A stretch of DNA of 62,684 nt, counting the filler, from Aduncisulcus paluster (taxonomy: Eukaryota), in NCBI GenBank assembly GCA_024181965.1. It is 5 parts of 5 records of this genome, joined end to end, with 100 filler letters (N's around TTAATTAATTAA, not from the genome) between each part and the next. Parts side by side here need not be neighbours in the genome. Positions count along the whole stretch, not along the records: positions 20,828 to 38,465 come from BQXS01010958.1; 4 more parts are not named here. One strand, 5' to 3'. Below the pieces are notes generated by a model. That model was not told the DNA's origin, made no database searches, and was given only the letters and a program-made list of their open reading frames with translations. The stretch's first letter is position 1. Each line of letters opens with the position of its first letter. Below are positions 20,728 through 33,881 of this stretch, piece after piece. The position numbers were made by a program, and so were the translations under genes.

Positions 20728-20827
20728 NNNNNNNNNNNNNNNNNNNNNNNNNNNNNNNNNNNNNNNNNNNNTTAATTAATTAANNNNNNNNNNNNNNNNN
20801 NNNNNNNNNNNNNNNNNNNNNNNNNNN
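20728..20827. other. Artificial contig linker
   Basis: N run, TTAATTAATTAA (stops in all six frames), N run; 100 nt. Confidence 0.97.
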
Positions 20828-23800
20828 TATAAAGGAGAGATGTCAACAAGGGAATTGTGTGCAACATTCAACTCATCGAGAGCAAGATGCACAATGGATA
20901 AGAGATCGGAATCTACAAGACCCAGGGAGGCAAGGCCTAAGGAGGAAATGGAAGAGAAACTCACAAGAATGGATGGGTCAAACAATGAAGTCGTTTCTAC
21001 AATATCATCATACAACGACGCACCATTCATTATCAGCTCCGTCAACGAAACATTGGTAGAGTCGGCAGCAACAAGAAGAGGACTAACATCGATAATGGAT
21101 GTTTCGGCGAGATTGAGAGAGCTCAAGGAGGTGTACGTATCAGCACACTCGGAAGTGTCGGGAAGAGCAGACACAGAAGTGACAGAAGAGAGGGTCAGAG
21201 TGGAGAGTGAGTGAAGGGAGCAGATGAACGATAGATCAGAAAAGCCTTCAATGGCATTCCCATCAGCATCCACAGGAGCACCATACATGTTATGGGCAAG
21301 GGAAAGGGACTCAAGACCATGCAGAGAGCCCAATGGATCAGCACTCACAAAGTTGTGATATGGCAACGAAATGGATGTAAGAGAGCGGATATGTTCAATT
21401 CCATCAAGCAGGGAGAATCTATCAGAGTTGGAGAGAGCAAAACCATCGTTGGACAAAGTGGAGGAGGAAATGGTTCTCAATGAAGCCACGCTGAAAAGGG
21501 AAGGCGTGGAATCTGTTCTGTGCGTGTAATCAGGATTGTCTTCAGAATCCACAAACATATCAGCAACATATGCATGTAAGTTCTCATCAACAATCACAGG
21601 ATAACATGAAGAGGTGGATTGAGTTAATTCATCATCATATCTACATTCATATCCATACTCACAACCACCAGGACATCCATATGTTTCACCATCTGTGTTG
21701 AGTGGAGCTAGACACTCGAAGATATCGATAGATGTGTATGATGCGATACTATGGCTGGAACACACATAATGCCATGAACCAGATCCAGGTACAGTCTCAC
21801 TGCACACGACATTGTCAGTGATCGGGGTATCGGTGTATCCAATTGCAGTGCTATCAGAGGAACATTCGCAGGTCTGTGTCGTAGAAACCGGCGATCTTGT
21901 GATATTTGAGAACTTTGAAGCAAGGTCGCTTGTCGATTCGGATCCAAAACATATCTTATTATTATCAATTGAAAATCTAGAGGAAAAAGAAATGTTATAT
22001 AGCGGAGAGAGATCAGATATTGAACAACCGACAATTGAAAAAGATCGAAAGTAAGTTATCCCAGCTTTTGCCAGAGGAACTAAAGACGTGATATCTAAAT
22101 TATAAGCCAGAGAGACGGTTAAAAGTGTTGATGCGCTATTAGAAAGATCAGGGATATTCAATAGATTACAATTTATGAGGATAAGCGATATTAAACTTGT
22201 CATGCTCGAGATGACATCATTGAAGTTGTCATAAATCGGATAATTAGAAAAATAGAAATATGCGATGGTAGATCGCTGATTTTCTGACAATGAATCAATA
22301 GATGTTATTGTAGAATCTTCGCCTCCGAAATATAAATGTTCAAGGGAAGGTAACCGATCATTCCCAACATTTGTATTAAAACCGGCTTGAGAAATTGGTG
22401 TCCCCTGAATATATAAGTTTTTGATATTGGACGGTAGAACATTCTGATCTGAAGGAAGAGATATAAGCGAATATGAGAAAGATAATGTCTCAAGAGCAAC
22501 CAAAGCCGTGAAATCGGGCAAATCAAACGCAATAATTCCTGAAAGATTGGGTAAAGAAATGGAATTAAGATTGGAAAGAGTTGACAGGGGTATGAGATCA
22601 CTGGTTTTAGAGAAATCAGAATAACCTAAATAGATTGATTGCAAATTTTCAATATGTTCAAGCCCGGATAGATTACTGACAATATAATTACTTGAATAAC
22701 TCATTGTAATAGCTTCAAACGTCTTCAAGGAAGCCACGCTGAAAAGTGATGGAGTAGAATTTGTTCGATGAGTATAATCAGCATTTTCATCAGAATCTAC
22801 AAACATATTGGCAACATAATCATGCAAGTTATCATCGACGATCACTTGTTGACACTTTCCAGTAGAATATGTAACATCACTAATCACTTCATCGCCAAGA
22901 TATCTACACTCATATCCATACTCACACCCGCCAGAACAGTTCGTGGTGGATGAATCTGGTTGGATACATGTAAAGTCCTCAGCAGATGTGTATGACGTGT
23001 ATGAATCACTGGCACACACAACATACCATGCACCAGACCCAGGAAGAGTCTCAGCACACACCTTGTTATCAGACAGACTAGGAATGGGATCCGAGTCTGA
23101 ACATCCGCAGGTTTGATTGGAAACATCTATGAACAGGTCAGGAGAAGAACTAAATATATCCTCAAAAATAGTCTGGACATCATCTCCACAGATATAATTA
23201 TTGGTCAAGTAAATATAACTCCAAGTGTTACTGGACAAAGCAAACAATGGGGAAGGATCAGAAATGGCACATTCCCTCGCATAAAAATAGGTTAAATTTG
23301 TAAGACCAGAAGAGACAATAGGAGTAAGGGATGCAAGAAGAGGATTTAAGTTGATATTGAGAATGGTCAAAGTTTTTGCTTGAATTGAGAGGTCTGGAAT
23401 TGTTTGTAAATTACAATCGGCCAATGAGAGGGCTTCTAGATTTGACATTTCAGCAAGAATGTCAGGAAAATTCTCAAATGTATCGATTGGAGAACTTCTC
23501 CAGATAAAAGTTTTCATATTTTGCTTTTGACTTGCTGTCAATGAATCAATTGATGTGAGTAAATTGTTGTCTCCTCCAATAGCAAGTTGTTCAATATCAG
23601 GAAGATATCCATTACCGACATTCATGGCAAACCCCTCGTTATTCACATTTGAAAAGGAACAATAAAAGCCTTTGAGTGATGTGGGGAGGATATATTCCTC
23701 AGAAGGAAGAATTATTGAGGTTTTCTGAATTGCCAAAACATCCAAAGATGTTAATGAAGTGAGGGTGGGCAAATAAGAAAGACTTGAATTCCTACCTAAA

Positions 23801-26800
23801 TATAACTCCACTAAATTCGTGAGAGTTGATAATAAATCAAGATGAATATCATCCGAATCAGCAGAAAAAACACCGAAGAAAGCAATCGATTTAATCCCAC
23901 CAAGGTGCTCAATACCTGATAAATCATCGATAGGAAGAGATGGATCATTATATTGAATTTGAGGATAATATTCATAACCCATGGGCACAGAAACCAGAGT
24001 TTTTAGAGAAGCAACACTGAAAAGGGAAGGAGTGTCGGATGTTCGATGGATATAGTTTGCAGTTCCATCATAATCAGTAAATAAATCAGCTACATAATCA
24101 TGCAAGTTCTCATCAACAATCACTTGCTGACACTCCCCGGTTGAATAACTTATGGAAACATCTCTAACAAGACCAAGATATCTACACTCGTATCCATACC
24201 CACACCCTCCAGAACAGTTCGTGGTACTCGAAGAGGTTGGTTGAGTGCATGTAAAGTCCTCAGCAGATGTGTATGTAGTGTATGAATCACTGGCACACAC
24301 AGCATACCATGTGTTAGATACCCCAGGATTGGTCTCAGCACAGACCTTGTTATCAGACAGACTAGGAAGAGAATCACAATAACAGACTTGAAGATCAACA
24401 CGTATTACAATATACGGGGAAACAGGCAGAAATATACTTTCAAGAACAAGCAGAACCTCAGAATCACCACCACAGATGTAGTTACTGGACAAATCAAGGC
24501 TGTTCCAAGAAGTATTGCTGGCTAAAGCATACAATGGGGAAGGATCAGAGATATTATTGTTGTTCAGAGATAGTTCAGTCAGATTGGGCATGCTAGCAAC
24601 AAGATGGAACAACAGAGAAATCGAAGTGTTGTTTGCACTGAAAGAGGTGAGAGAAGAAGGGAAAAGACCAGATTCAGTGATATCATATTCTGTGTTATCA
24701 TTAAGAGAGAGCGTTGAAAGATTCAAAAATAATGTGAAATCGGCATTGGCAGCAATATCACATTCGTCAGCATATATTTCAACTATAGTCTCTGGAATAG
24801 AAGAAAGATCAAAGCTCGTGCATCCACTGATATCAATAACATTCAACGAGGAAGGGAATGAACTTGAATCGGGACTAGATGCTGTATTTCTCTTCATAGA
24901 TAAAAAACCCAGATCCTCAAGCGCAGAGAAATCAGGGGATTCAATCAAGTCAACATTATCAAGTGTGAGGGATGTAATATAGGATGGAAGACAATCCAAT
25001 CCGTGGGAATTATCCACAGACATATTTGATCCACTGATATCAAGCGATGACAATGATGTCAAATCACTGAGTTCAGATAAATCCCAGATAAGATTGTCAG
25101 TATAGTCAGAACGTGAGAGATCCAGTCTAGTCAATCCTGTTGCGTATGCCAATCCTCTAATGTCAGTGATATCGGTTTCATCGGCGAGATTAAGAACAGA
25201 TATCGTTGACAGTTCTGACATAGTGATATGCCCATCAGAACTACATGTCACACCACTAAGCCCACAGATATGTGACTCAAGATCAGAATCATTGAATGTG
25301 ACATATTGGCAAGCAGATCCCATATAATCAGTCGATTCACACCCACATGAATGACTACCAATATCACATGATCCATGTGACCCACATTCCAAGGAGTCAT
25401 AATATGGGCACTCATAATCACATTCATCTCCATACCATCCTTCAATACACAATGTTTCAGTTCCATCAATGCTACAACACTCAACATTCGCATTATCCAT
25501 GGATGATTCAACACACGTGGGGAATGTGTCAGGAGAAGTGTAGTTATCCGATTCATCAAGATATGACACACATGAACTTGAGCCATCTCCATTGTCTACT
25601 TTGTAACTATACAGATTACACTCCACACTCCATTGTTCGTGGGAAGTAGTGGTTGTTGTGATCAATCCAGTCCCATTATCTTCCTCCACAGTTTCCGTCC
25701 AGTCCCACACTTTACGACAGATCGTGTTGGAGGAAAGAGACGCGGCAGAAGAAGTATCTGAACAATGAATAACGGGATCACCAGCAGTCTCAGAGGATGA
25801 ACAGAAACCACAGGAAGAAGTGTCCTGTGCGGAAGATGTGATGGAAGGAGGATAAGTTGTTGCATTCATTAAGGGAAAGAAAGAATACAAAGCTGCCAGT
25901 CCCTCATCATCAAGGTCACAAATGGCATTATTACTGATATCAAGGGTGGACAATGTTGTATTGAGTTGATACAATGATGATATGTCTGTAATTAAGTTAT
26001 TTGTCATGGATAAGGTTGATAAAGAGGACTGTAGCGGAATAATATATTCCAAATAACTATCAGAAATGCTCATATTGTTCATGCTTAGCCATTCAAGATT
26101 GGTAAAGAATTGTAAATCACTCAATACACAGGAATCCATCCCATCTATATACAAATGTGTAAGAGTCGAGTTGTAAGATCCCTGCGCAGATGTCCATTCA
26201 AGCACTAGTGGGTCGAGAGACGTTATTCCTGAATTGATTATCGATAAAGACGTTAATAATGTCCCGGGAGATATACATGTTAAACTGGTTAATGAGGGAA
26301 TATTATCTAAAATAAGGGTACTAATATTATTAATCGTGACACCATCAGCTTGTATATTATAATTACAGAAAAACTCACAGAAATCAATAGCGGTACATCC
26401 AGATACATCAAGGGAAATCAAAGATAAAGGATATGTGCCACATGTAGTAAGTGAATAGGATGAATTATCATGCAAAGTGAGAGAAACAAGGGATGAGAAA
26501 TCAGCGAATGAGGCATTTGATTCCACATTCATATCATTGAGAATGAGTTCTGTGAGAGAGGCGTGTGGAATGTTGGCGATCTCGGTATCTCCAATTGTCG
26601 TTAAAGCAGAGTTCCTTCCAGTTGCACTGAAATATGTAAGATTGGTAGCAACTGACAGACCTTTGAAAGAATCAACATTTGTAACCGTTAGAGATGTTAG
26701 AGTGAGCATTTCGGATAATAGAATGTCATTGCAATCGCTCGGATGGGAAAGAACTGAGCAGATGGCAGAACGGAGGTTGTTATCAGGAATATACACATAA

Positions 26801-29800
26801 TTACAGTACTCGCCAATGAATAGGGAATCAAGACAGGCACATATAACTGCAGTGGAACCCTCTTCAAGCAGAGCGATTTGCATATTCTCTTTCCGTTCAC
26901 ACACACGGCACCGAAGTGAATTATTTGAGGTATATGACGAACTATCGATGCACTTATCTGTATCGGCATCATACACATAATTGGCCTCACATGCCTTAAT
27001 GCATGAATCTGAGCTACGATCGAAGTAATACCCATTCCAACACTCGGTTTGATAATTTCCATCGACCTTCAATCTACAAGTTTCATATGACAAGAATGAA
27101 ACACCTTCTGAACAAGGACAATCATTTTGTTCAGAAATATCAAAATTTGTCGTGGGAAAAGTATTTAGTAATACCGAGGAAATATTTTCTGCAACATCAC
27201 AAATAAAATTGTTGGATAGATCAAGGGAATCAATGGAACCGTTGGAAAACAATTCATTTGTCACTAAAATTGACACATCAGTAATATAATTATACGAGAG
27301 GTCAAGAACATAAAAATTGAAGGAAGTGACTGATGAATCGTCCCCCACAACAGGTGCAAGCTCAAACACATCCTCAATTTTATAAATTCCACACCATTGC
27401 ATCGTTAAAGAAGATAGACCAGCCGTTATTACGGAGTTATTAATCCGTTTCGTGAGAATTTTCAAGACGGTTTTATCATACTCAGGTTTTGTTGATAAAT
27501 TGTAATTATACAAGTTTAAAGTGGATAAATTACTGAAATATTCAAGACCTTGGAGAGAAGATACTTCTTCGGAATCAATTGTCATTGTACACCCTGTGGT
27601 ACAAGTGATGTTCCTCACATCTGCAACACTTATCACATTGGATGACTGAAGGTCGAATTCTTCACTCATGAGATTTCTTATTATGGGATCGTGGAAAGTA
27701 TAGCATACCAATTGACCCGATACATCCTCAGCAAGGGCAATTGATGAACACGTAATGGCATTCGTATTAGCATCATAGATTTCATTATTTACAATACTTG
27801 GACAATTACTAAAGGCTAAACAAGTTGGTGTTTGAGACAAAGGGCATTCAGTATATAACAAATAGTCATCAGATAAATAGTTGCCCGATATATTAGGGAA
27901 GATACTCTCTATATAGGTTCCAAAGACAGAATCTTCTTCAGAACGACACAAAGGTATGGAATTAAGAGAAAGATTGATTATTTCAATATTTCGATAGAGA
28001 ATGGAAATGTCATTAATTGGACTATCAATGAGGGCAGCAGAAGTCAAACGAGATGCTGAATATAATGACGATATATCAGAGAAAGGGACGGAGCCTATAT
28101 CAATTAAATATATCTGTGGAAGTGATTCAAGGGCATAAATCCCAGATAGCATGGAAGTATCGGAAATGTAGACTTTTCCAACGTCAAGAACATTCTCAAC
28201 ACCCTCAAGTGTAGTCAGTTCACTTCCGTAGATTTGAATATAGTCACCAATATCTGCTATGTCAAATTCAGAGAGATCACAGCCAGCTACAAAGTTACAA
28301 GAAGTACACAAGATATCCCTCATATGTTCATCTGGAATATACACTTGATACAATTGATCACAATCATCTCCATACCAGGCTGCACGACAACCACATGTGA
28401 TAGATGAAGCTTCTTCCTCAAGAACAGGCATCATAGTGGAATGGCCTTCACAGACTTGGACACGAATAGCATCATCAACAGAGGTACTACTCACAGATAC
28501 ACATGAATACGGGGTTGTGGACATATCAAGTTCAGACCCACTCGCACATACCTCAAGACACTCTCCACTGGCTTTGTCAAGATAGTACCCATTCCAGCAC
28601 TCGACAGCCCAACGATCGGGATACACTTCTCGACATACTTGGTGGTCAGAAGAAGACACGGATGCAGAACAATGGCATGTTTGGTCAGAATATGTCAAGG
28701 TTGATAGGGTTGGGAATTCGGTTTGCAATTGACTCACCATTCCTTCAATGTCACAGATATTATTATCACTGATGTTAAGAGTTGTGAGAACAGCATCAGT
28801 ATCATCAGGGAACATGGACGATGTAATGAGAACGGAAACATCAGAGATGGAGTTGTTTGAGAGATTAAGTGAAGTGAGTTTGAAGGGCTGTGTGGTCAAG
28901 TCACCAGCAGCAATTGGAGTCAGATCCAAAATATCACTGAGAGCATTCAATCCGCACCCACTCGCAGATAAAGATGTTAGACCAGAATCAATGGGTGTTC
29001 TATCTACACTCGCATATGTCACAGCTTTTGCCAAAGTCTTTATGACCAACTTATCAGTCACTGCAGAACCATAACCATCATCACCACTCAGATCGTACCC
29101 ATCGATACTCAAAGAGGACAAGAAAGTGGCATACTCAAGTCCTTTCAAAGAAGTGATATCATTCACTGAACTTAAAGACAAAGATGAAACAATTACAGAG
29201 AGATTAAGTGAGGAACAAGTGAAATTGGAACTTCTCAATGTGGCCACACTGATCACTCCGTTATCTTGAATGTTACTCACACATCCTCCCAGACTAGCAA
29301 GTGATAAGTAAGCACGAATGTAATCATCATGGATGGTATAACACTGACCATCGGAACCTTCCTTCGCAATGAACGCACACTGCTTGGCATTTACACCGTT
29401 GACACTGTTGAACACTTCATTCTGAATGATTGAGGGGCACTCATCAATATTTGAGGAACAATAATACTCTCCAGGGCTATTTAAAGGACAATTATTGGCA
29501 TAATAAATTGGATTCTCTGCGAACCGTGGGTGTATAGGGAAGACGGCCTGAATAAAAGCCTCAAATGAATCGTAATCCTCACTTCGACAGAGAGAAAGAT
29601 AAGATTCGGACGAAGGATCGCTGGATATGAATTCAAAGGTTCCAACGTTTTGATAAAGCGAAGAGATATCATAGATATTGTCGTTGCCATACAATGTGAT
29701 TGTGGAGAATCGTGATAGATAGGATAGATCGTCAATATTTGCAAGAGAATCCAGAGTGTCGGTGAGTGATATCGAATTCAGCTGGGTGAGGGAAGAAATT

Positions 29801-30387
29801 GGAGAAAATGATGCCAAGGTACTATTTGTAAATATTAGTTTATCGACATTGTACAAATATTGAATTCCTTCAAGGTCAGAAAACCCATTTAATTCATCAG
29901 AAAAGGTTCCAGTAATACTGGCAAGCTCAAATTCAGAGACATCGCAGAGAGTGGAATCATAGCCAGTTGAATTGCAAAGAGACAGTCGTAATTCGTCATC
30001 TGGAATGTAAACTTGATAAGTTGATGAGGTTTTGACCCCGGGGAAAACCTCAAAGTCAGAATAAGGTGAGTTCACGGAGGCTCCATAGACAGCTAAGGGT
30101 CGGAGCATTATAACAAATAAAAGTCCAAAATGGATAGTTTGCATCCGAAATTGCAAAAGTAGAGAGAGAAAAAACAGAAGGATTAAAGCTAATACAGGAA
30201 ATGGAACAATATTGAAGAGGATGGGAAGAATAGGGAAACGGATACAAAGAACAAAGCATAAAATCCCGAGAATGTCCTTCAAAATTATTGAATTATTTGT
30301 AATACTGTTTAAAAATTCATTTTTAATACAGTGATGGATTGAAGAAGTAGAGATACCAGTATTTGTTTGGTAAGCCGAAGATTTCAT
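20828..30387 (-). CDS. Giant internalin-like LRR / EGF-like Cys-rich surface protein, >3180 aa, truncated at contig end
   Basis: N-terminal hydrophobic segments; repeated blocks of [VI]YIPD-x-L cap, LxxLxLxxNxIxDxSPL repeats, NNxIC C-cap, and EGF-like modules (CGSHGSCDIGSHSCGC...GSAC; GWYGDEC). Confidence 0.9.
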
Positions 30388-30584
30388 TTTTCAATCGCTT
30401 AATTTGCCAAATAAAAGATTATTGACACTCACAAAACTTCAATTACAGGAGAAAGACGACTCCTTTGAAATCTAGCTGATTATTGTTAATTGTTGAGCAA
30501 AACTCGATATTCTTTTGATTATATTGAGTATAAAATGGTTAATTTATTTTAAGAAAATAATAACTTCAGAAGGCTAATTACGAG

Positions 30585-30657
30585 ACTCCAATGGAGTGAC
30601 TCCAATGGCATTGGAAGACAGTGTCTTCATACCAATACTATTGGTCTGTAGTACAGA
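30585..30657. repeat. Chain of five abutting palindromes with 6-7 bp arms and 1-nt centres
   Basis: ACTCCA-A-TGGAGT, TCCAATG-G-CATTGGA, GAAGACA-G-TGTCTTC, ACCAATA-C-TATTGGT, TCTGTA-G-TACAGA. Confidence 0.9.
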
Positions 30658-30893
30658 TAATTACTAGAAGCTATTCGGTTGGTTCTATCCGAAAATCGGC
30701 TGATCGGGAAAAAGTGGCCGAATTGGATGAAAAATAGAATTGTTATCATTTTTAGACCCATTATCATCGAATAAGATATAAGTATCCACAAGACTGCCCA
30801 GATCATCTATACTATCATCAGGATAATCCCCTATTATTATTAATGAGACAATGTAACTTGTATTAAGCTCTGTATTTCTCGATTTACAAGTGA

Positions 30894-33578
30894 CTACTGT
30901 GTAATATTAAAGGCAAAGTAGGCCTTATCAGCGATTTGAAAGGAAAAAATAACAAAAGTTTTGTTTGGTAACGCCGATAAAAACTTACCCATTCGTTTTA
31001 GACCGGTTTTTAAACTCTTTTTGACCCTTTTTGAGAATTTTTCATATATTTTTGATTTTTCTTCTTCTTTTCTGACGCGTTGGAGAAGCTGTTTCTCGAA
31101 ATCACTTACTTTTGGCAGAGAATGGTGATAATGGCACATAAATTTGGACTCAAGAGGCGATTTCTTGGAAGAATATCCCAACCAAGATGAAATCTTTGGA
31201 GGTTTTGAAACAGTTACTTTTTTGGATTTAGCTTTTTCCGGCATTCTATCTTTTTCCGGCATTCTATCTTTTTCCGGCATTCTATCTTTTTCCGGCATTC
31301 TATCTTTTTCCGGCATTCTATCTTTTTCCGGCATTCTATGATCGGTTGTTTCAATGTTATCGGAGGGAGTTGGCCAAACAATATGCTTATCTTTCCCACT
31401 CCGACATGGAGAATAGAGAGTATTCGAAGAATTATCCATTAAAAGAATTCTTTCGTTTTTCCATTTTGAATTTGTTCCCTTTTGAGTAGGTGAATCTTTG
31501 GATTCTTTCTTTGTATCTTTCTCCGAATGGATATGTTTTCCACCAATCTGACCATATTGCCACCCTTTGATTAAGGGATCATCAAATAGATTAGACTCGT
31601 TCGATTCAAAATAAATCCGGATTGTGGACTTGGGATGTTGTTTATGCTTTCCAAGATATGACGTGAGATGTTCGCCGCAAATATCAGAGATTTGATCCAA
31701 CGAGGCTATTTTTAAACCCTGAGAAAGAGTTTGGGAGTAGGATAAGGATGGAAAGGCTCTTCCTTGTTCAATTTTCATCCGAATAAGGAAGAGAGCAGCT
31801 TGTGCGTCCTCACATGGATCGTGAGAACCTATTAATAATTTTGAGAAAGTTGATTTTTTCTTCATAATTTTTAACGCTGTTGATAAATCTTTTGACATTG
31901 GTGGAAGAGGTTTTCTTGATATATCTTCCTTCTCATCTTCCTCCTTGTTACCTTTCTTCACCTTTTTGTGATGATCCTTTCTCTTTCTTTCTTCATCTCC
32001 GCTCTGTCCAAGGCTTATATCAGAAAGCTGAATATCTTGGTGAAGCCAGAGCTTGGAAAGGTAGTTGAGTTTCTTGGCTCCAAATATTGCCGAAGAATCA
32101 GCAACACATGGGAAAGGGATGGAAAGGCTGAAAAGGTCAGACTGGATACGATGACCGGCTAAAACCGGACAATGGGGACACAACCGTCTATCTCCTCGCT
32201 TCTGCCGTTTTGTATTGGTTTTGATGAGCTCGAGCAAGCTGTTGGAAATAGGCGAATTCTCGGTTCCTATCTTTGGAAGGAGAGAAGGGAACTCACTAGC
32301 GCCGGATGTCCACGTAGATGGAATCTTGGCATTCCTGATGCATAAAGTATGGTATTTCGATATTATAGAGGGCATCGTGTCATGGAAAACACATGATAAT
32401 ATCCTACAACGGACTTGATCGATCGGTATAAACTCATAGCCAAGTTGTTCTTGGATTTTACGGCGTTTCTGTTCTATTTTGGGAGTTTTGTTCTCAAGAT
32501 CAAGGATTTGGGCAGGAAATCCACAATATATAACCTTATCGATGACATCTGACTGGTAACATATGAAACATTTCAATATTGGATCGCCACGGTAGTTAAC
32601 TAAGCAGACGATGGAAGGCAAATAAGAGAAATCTTGGAGACACAGCATCTCACAATCAAGAGAGAAGAGAGGAGGAGAGGGAGAGAAGGGAGAGGGAGAG
32701 AAGAACGAACCAGGGGAAAGAGATATCCCGGAAGAAGACTCGAATTTGGCAAGAGAAAACGACTTGACAAACTCAAATACGGACTTTTCACAAGACTCAC
32801 ATAATGAAGCCTCACTCTCCACTCTAGTTATTATTTTGCCCTTTACCGTTGATAAATCCATAGTTTTTGGTTTAATTGATCGATTATAATTACAATCACA
32901 GGCACTGCAGTAACCTTTTGTACACTCATATTTCATTTTACATCCAAGCATTGACGGTGGAGGGAGAATCATCTTTTGATCTTTGAGAACAGTTGGGGTG
33001 AGAACTATGTCATTTAGGGCTTGCGGAAGGGATGAATATAAATTGGTTTTGGAGGAAGATGTAGAAGGGAGTGAGGACGGGGGGAGGATGGTATTTGGAA
33101 GAGAAGACTGAAATCCAGCAATTGATCTCCTTTTAATACCGGTTTTAATCTCGCTGGATGAAGAAAGAATTTCTCCTTTTTCTCTTTTATCTTTTCCAGG
33201 GGAAAACAGTCTCCAAAACGAAATTGGGAAATAAAAAGGTAACCTACGGTATTCTGGTCCAATATAATACATTTTTGCTTCTCTTTTAATCCATTTTGGT
33301 GCAGAGTCGGTGAAGGTATCATGATTGAAGACAGAGTACTTCTTCAATTGAGAGAGAAGATCGAAAAAATTTTTTTGATCTGTTATTCCATCAATGGTTA
33401 AGAGACATATCCCAGGACTTGAATCAATATTATGCGCATCAACAACAGAAGAAAGGAGTTTCTGTTTTCTACATATTCCAGTTAACAAATATGCTATTAA
33501 ATCTCCAAATTGGAAACTATTAAGGCAAACCCCTGATTTTACCTTAAGGGATGGAAACTGAGATATGCTATCGTCCAT
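30894..33578 (-). CDS. REX1/REXO-like DEDDh 3'-5' RNA exonuclease with long insertions
   Basis: ExoI FSLDCEM, ExoII LAGHRIQSDLFSL, VADSSAIF...KLNYLSKLWLHQDIQ, ExoIII HDPCEDAQAAL. First ATG at 33578. Confidence 0.85.
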   Translation of the reverse strand: MDDSISQFPSLKVKSGVCLNSFQFGDLIAYLLTGICRKQKLLSSVVDAHNIDSSPGICLLTIDGITDQKNFFDLLSQLKKYSVFNHDTFTDSAPKWIKREAKMYYIGPEYRRLPFYFPISFWRLFSPGKDKREKGEILSSSSEIKTGIKRRSIAGFQSSLPNTILPPSSLPSTSSSKTNLYSSLPQALNDIVLTPTVLKDQKMILPPPSMLGCKMKYECTKGYCSACDCNYNRSIKPKTMDLSTVKGKIITRVESEASLCESCEKSVFEFVKSFSLAKFESSSGISLSPGSFFSPSPFSPSPPLFSLDCEMLCLQDFSYLPSIVCLVNYRGDPILKCFICYQSDVIDKVIYCGFPAQILDLENKTPKIEQKRRKIQEQLGYEFIPIDQVRCRILSCVFHDTMPSIISKYHTLCIRNAKIPSTWTSGASEFPSLLPKIGTENSPISNSLLELIKTNTKRQKRGDRRLCPHCPVLAGHRIQSDLFSLSIPFPCVADSSAIFGAKKLNYLSKLWLHQDIQLSDISLGQSGDEERKRKDHHKKVKKGNKEEDEKEDISRKPLPPMSKDLSTALKIMKKKSTFSKLLIGSHDPCEDAQAALFLIRMKIEQGRAFPSLSYSQTLSQGLKIASLDQISDICGEHLTSYLGKHKQHPKSTIRIYFESNESNLFDDPLIKGWQYGQIGGKHIHSEKDTKKESKDSPTQKGTNSKWKNERILLMDNSSNTLYSPCRSGKDKHIVWPTPSDNIETTDHRMPEKDRMPEKDRMPEKDRMPEKDRMPEKDRMPEKAKSKKVTVSKPPKISSWLGYSSKKSPLESKFMCHYHHSLPKVSDFEKQLLQRVRKEEEKSKIYEKFSKRVKKSLKTGLKRMGKFLSALPNKTFVIFSFQIADKAYFAFNITQ
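31232..31339. repeat. 18-nt coding minisatellite x6 (DRMPEK)
   Basis: CTTTTTCCGGCATTCTAT in six perfect copies. Confidence 0.95.
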
Positions 33579-33881
33579 CAAGATGGCATTCGAGACGTGA
33601 TTGAGACCTAGTAAAGGTATAGATTTTTAACCTCAATATTAGCAACTTACAATGCATTAAATACATAATTATTTTTGAGAAAACGAACTGGCAAGACATA
33701 TTATTAGTCTTAGACAAAATTTTGAAATAGACGACTGAAATACTTTTTAAAAAAAAATTTCTTGGTGAAATTAATTCTTTTAGACAGTGATTTTTCCAGA
33801 TATTACTTCAGATAAAGAAAAGTAGAATAAAATGCTTATACAGAAATATAAAAGTCGAGATTCCAGTTTTGTCACTAAAAT

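Noticed and set aside
20728-20827. TTAATTAATTAA palindrome within N runs (four occurrences), and ORF ends reading XXXLIN
   Set aside because: Identical 100-nt artificial linker; the stops and cross-linker gene neighbourhoods are not biological.
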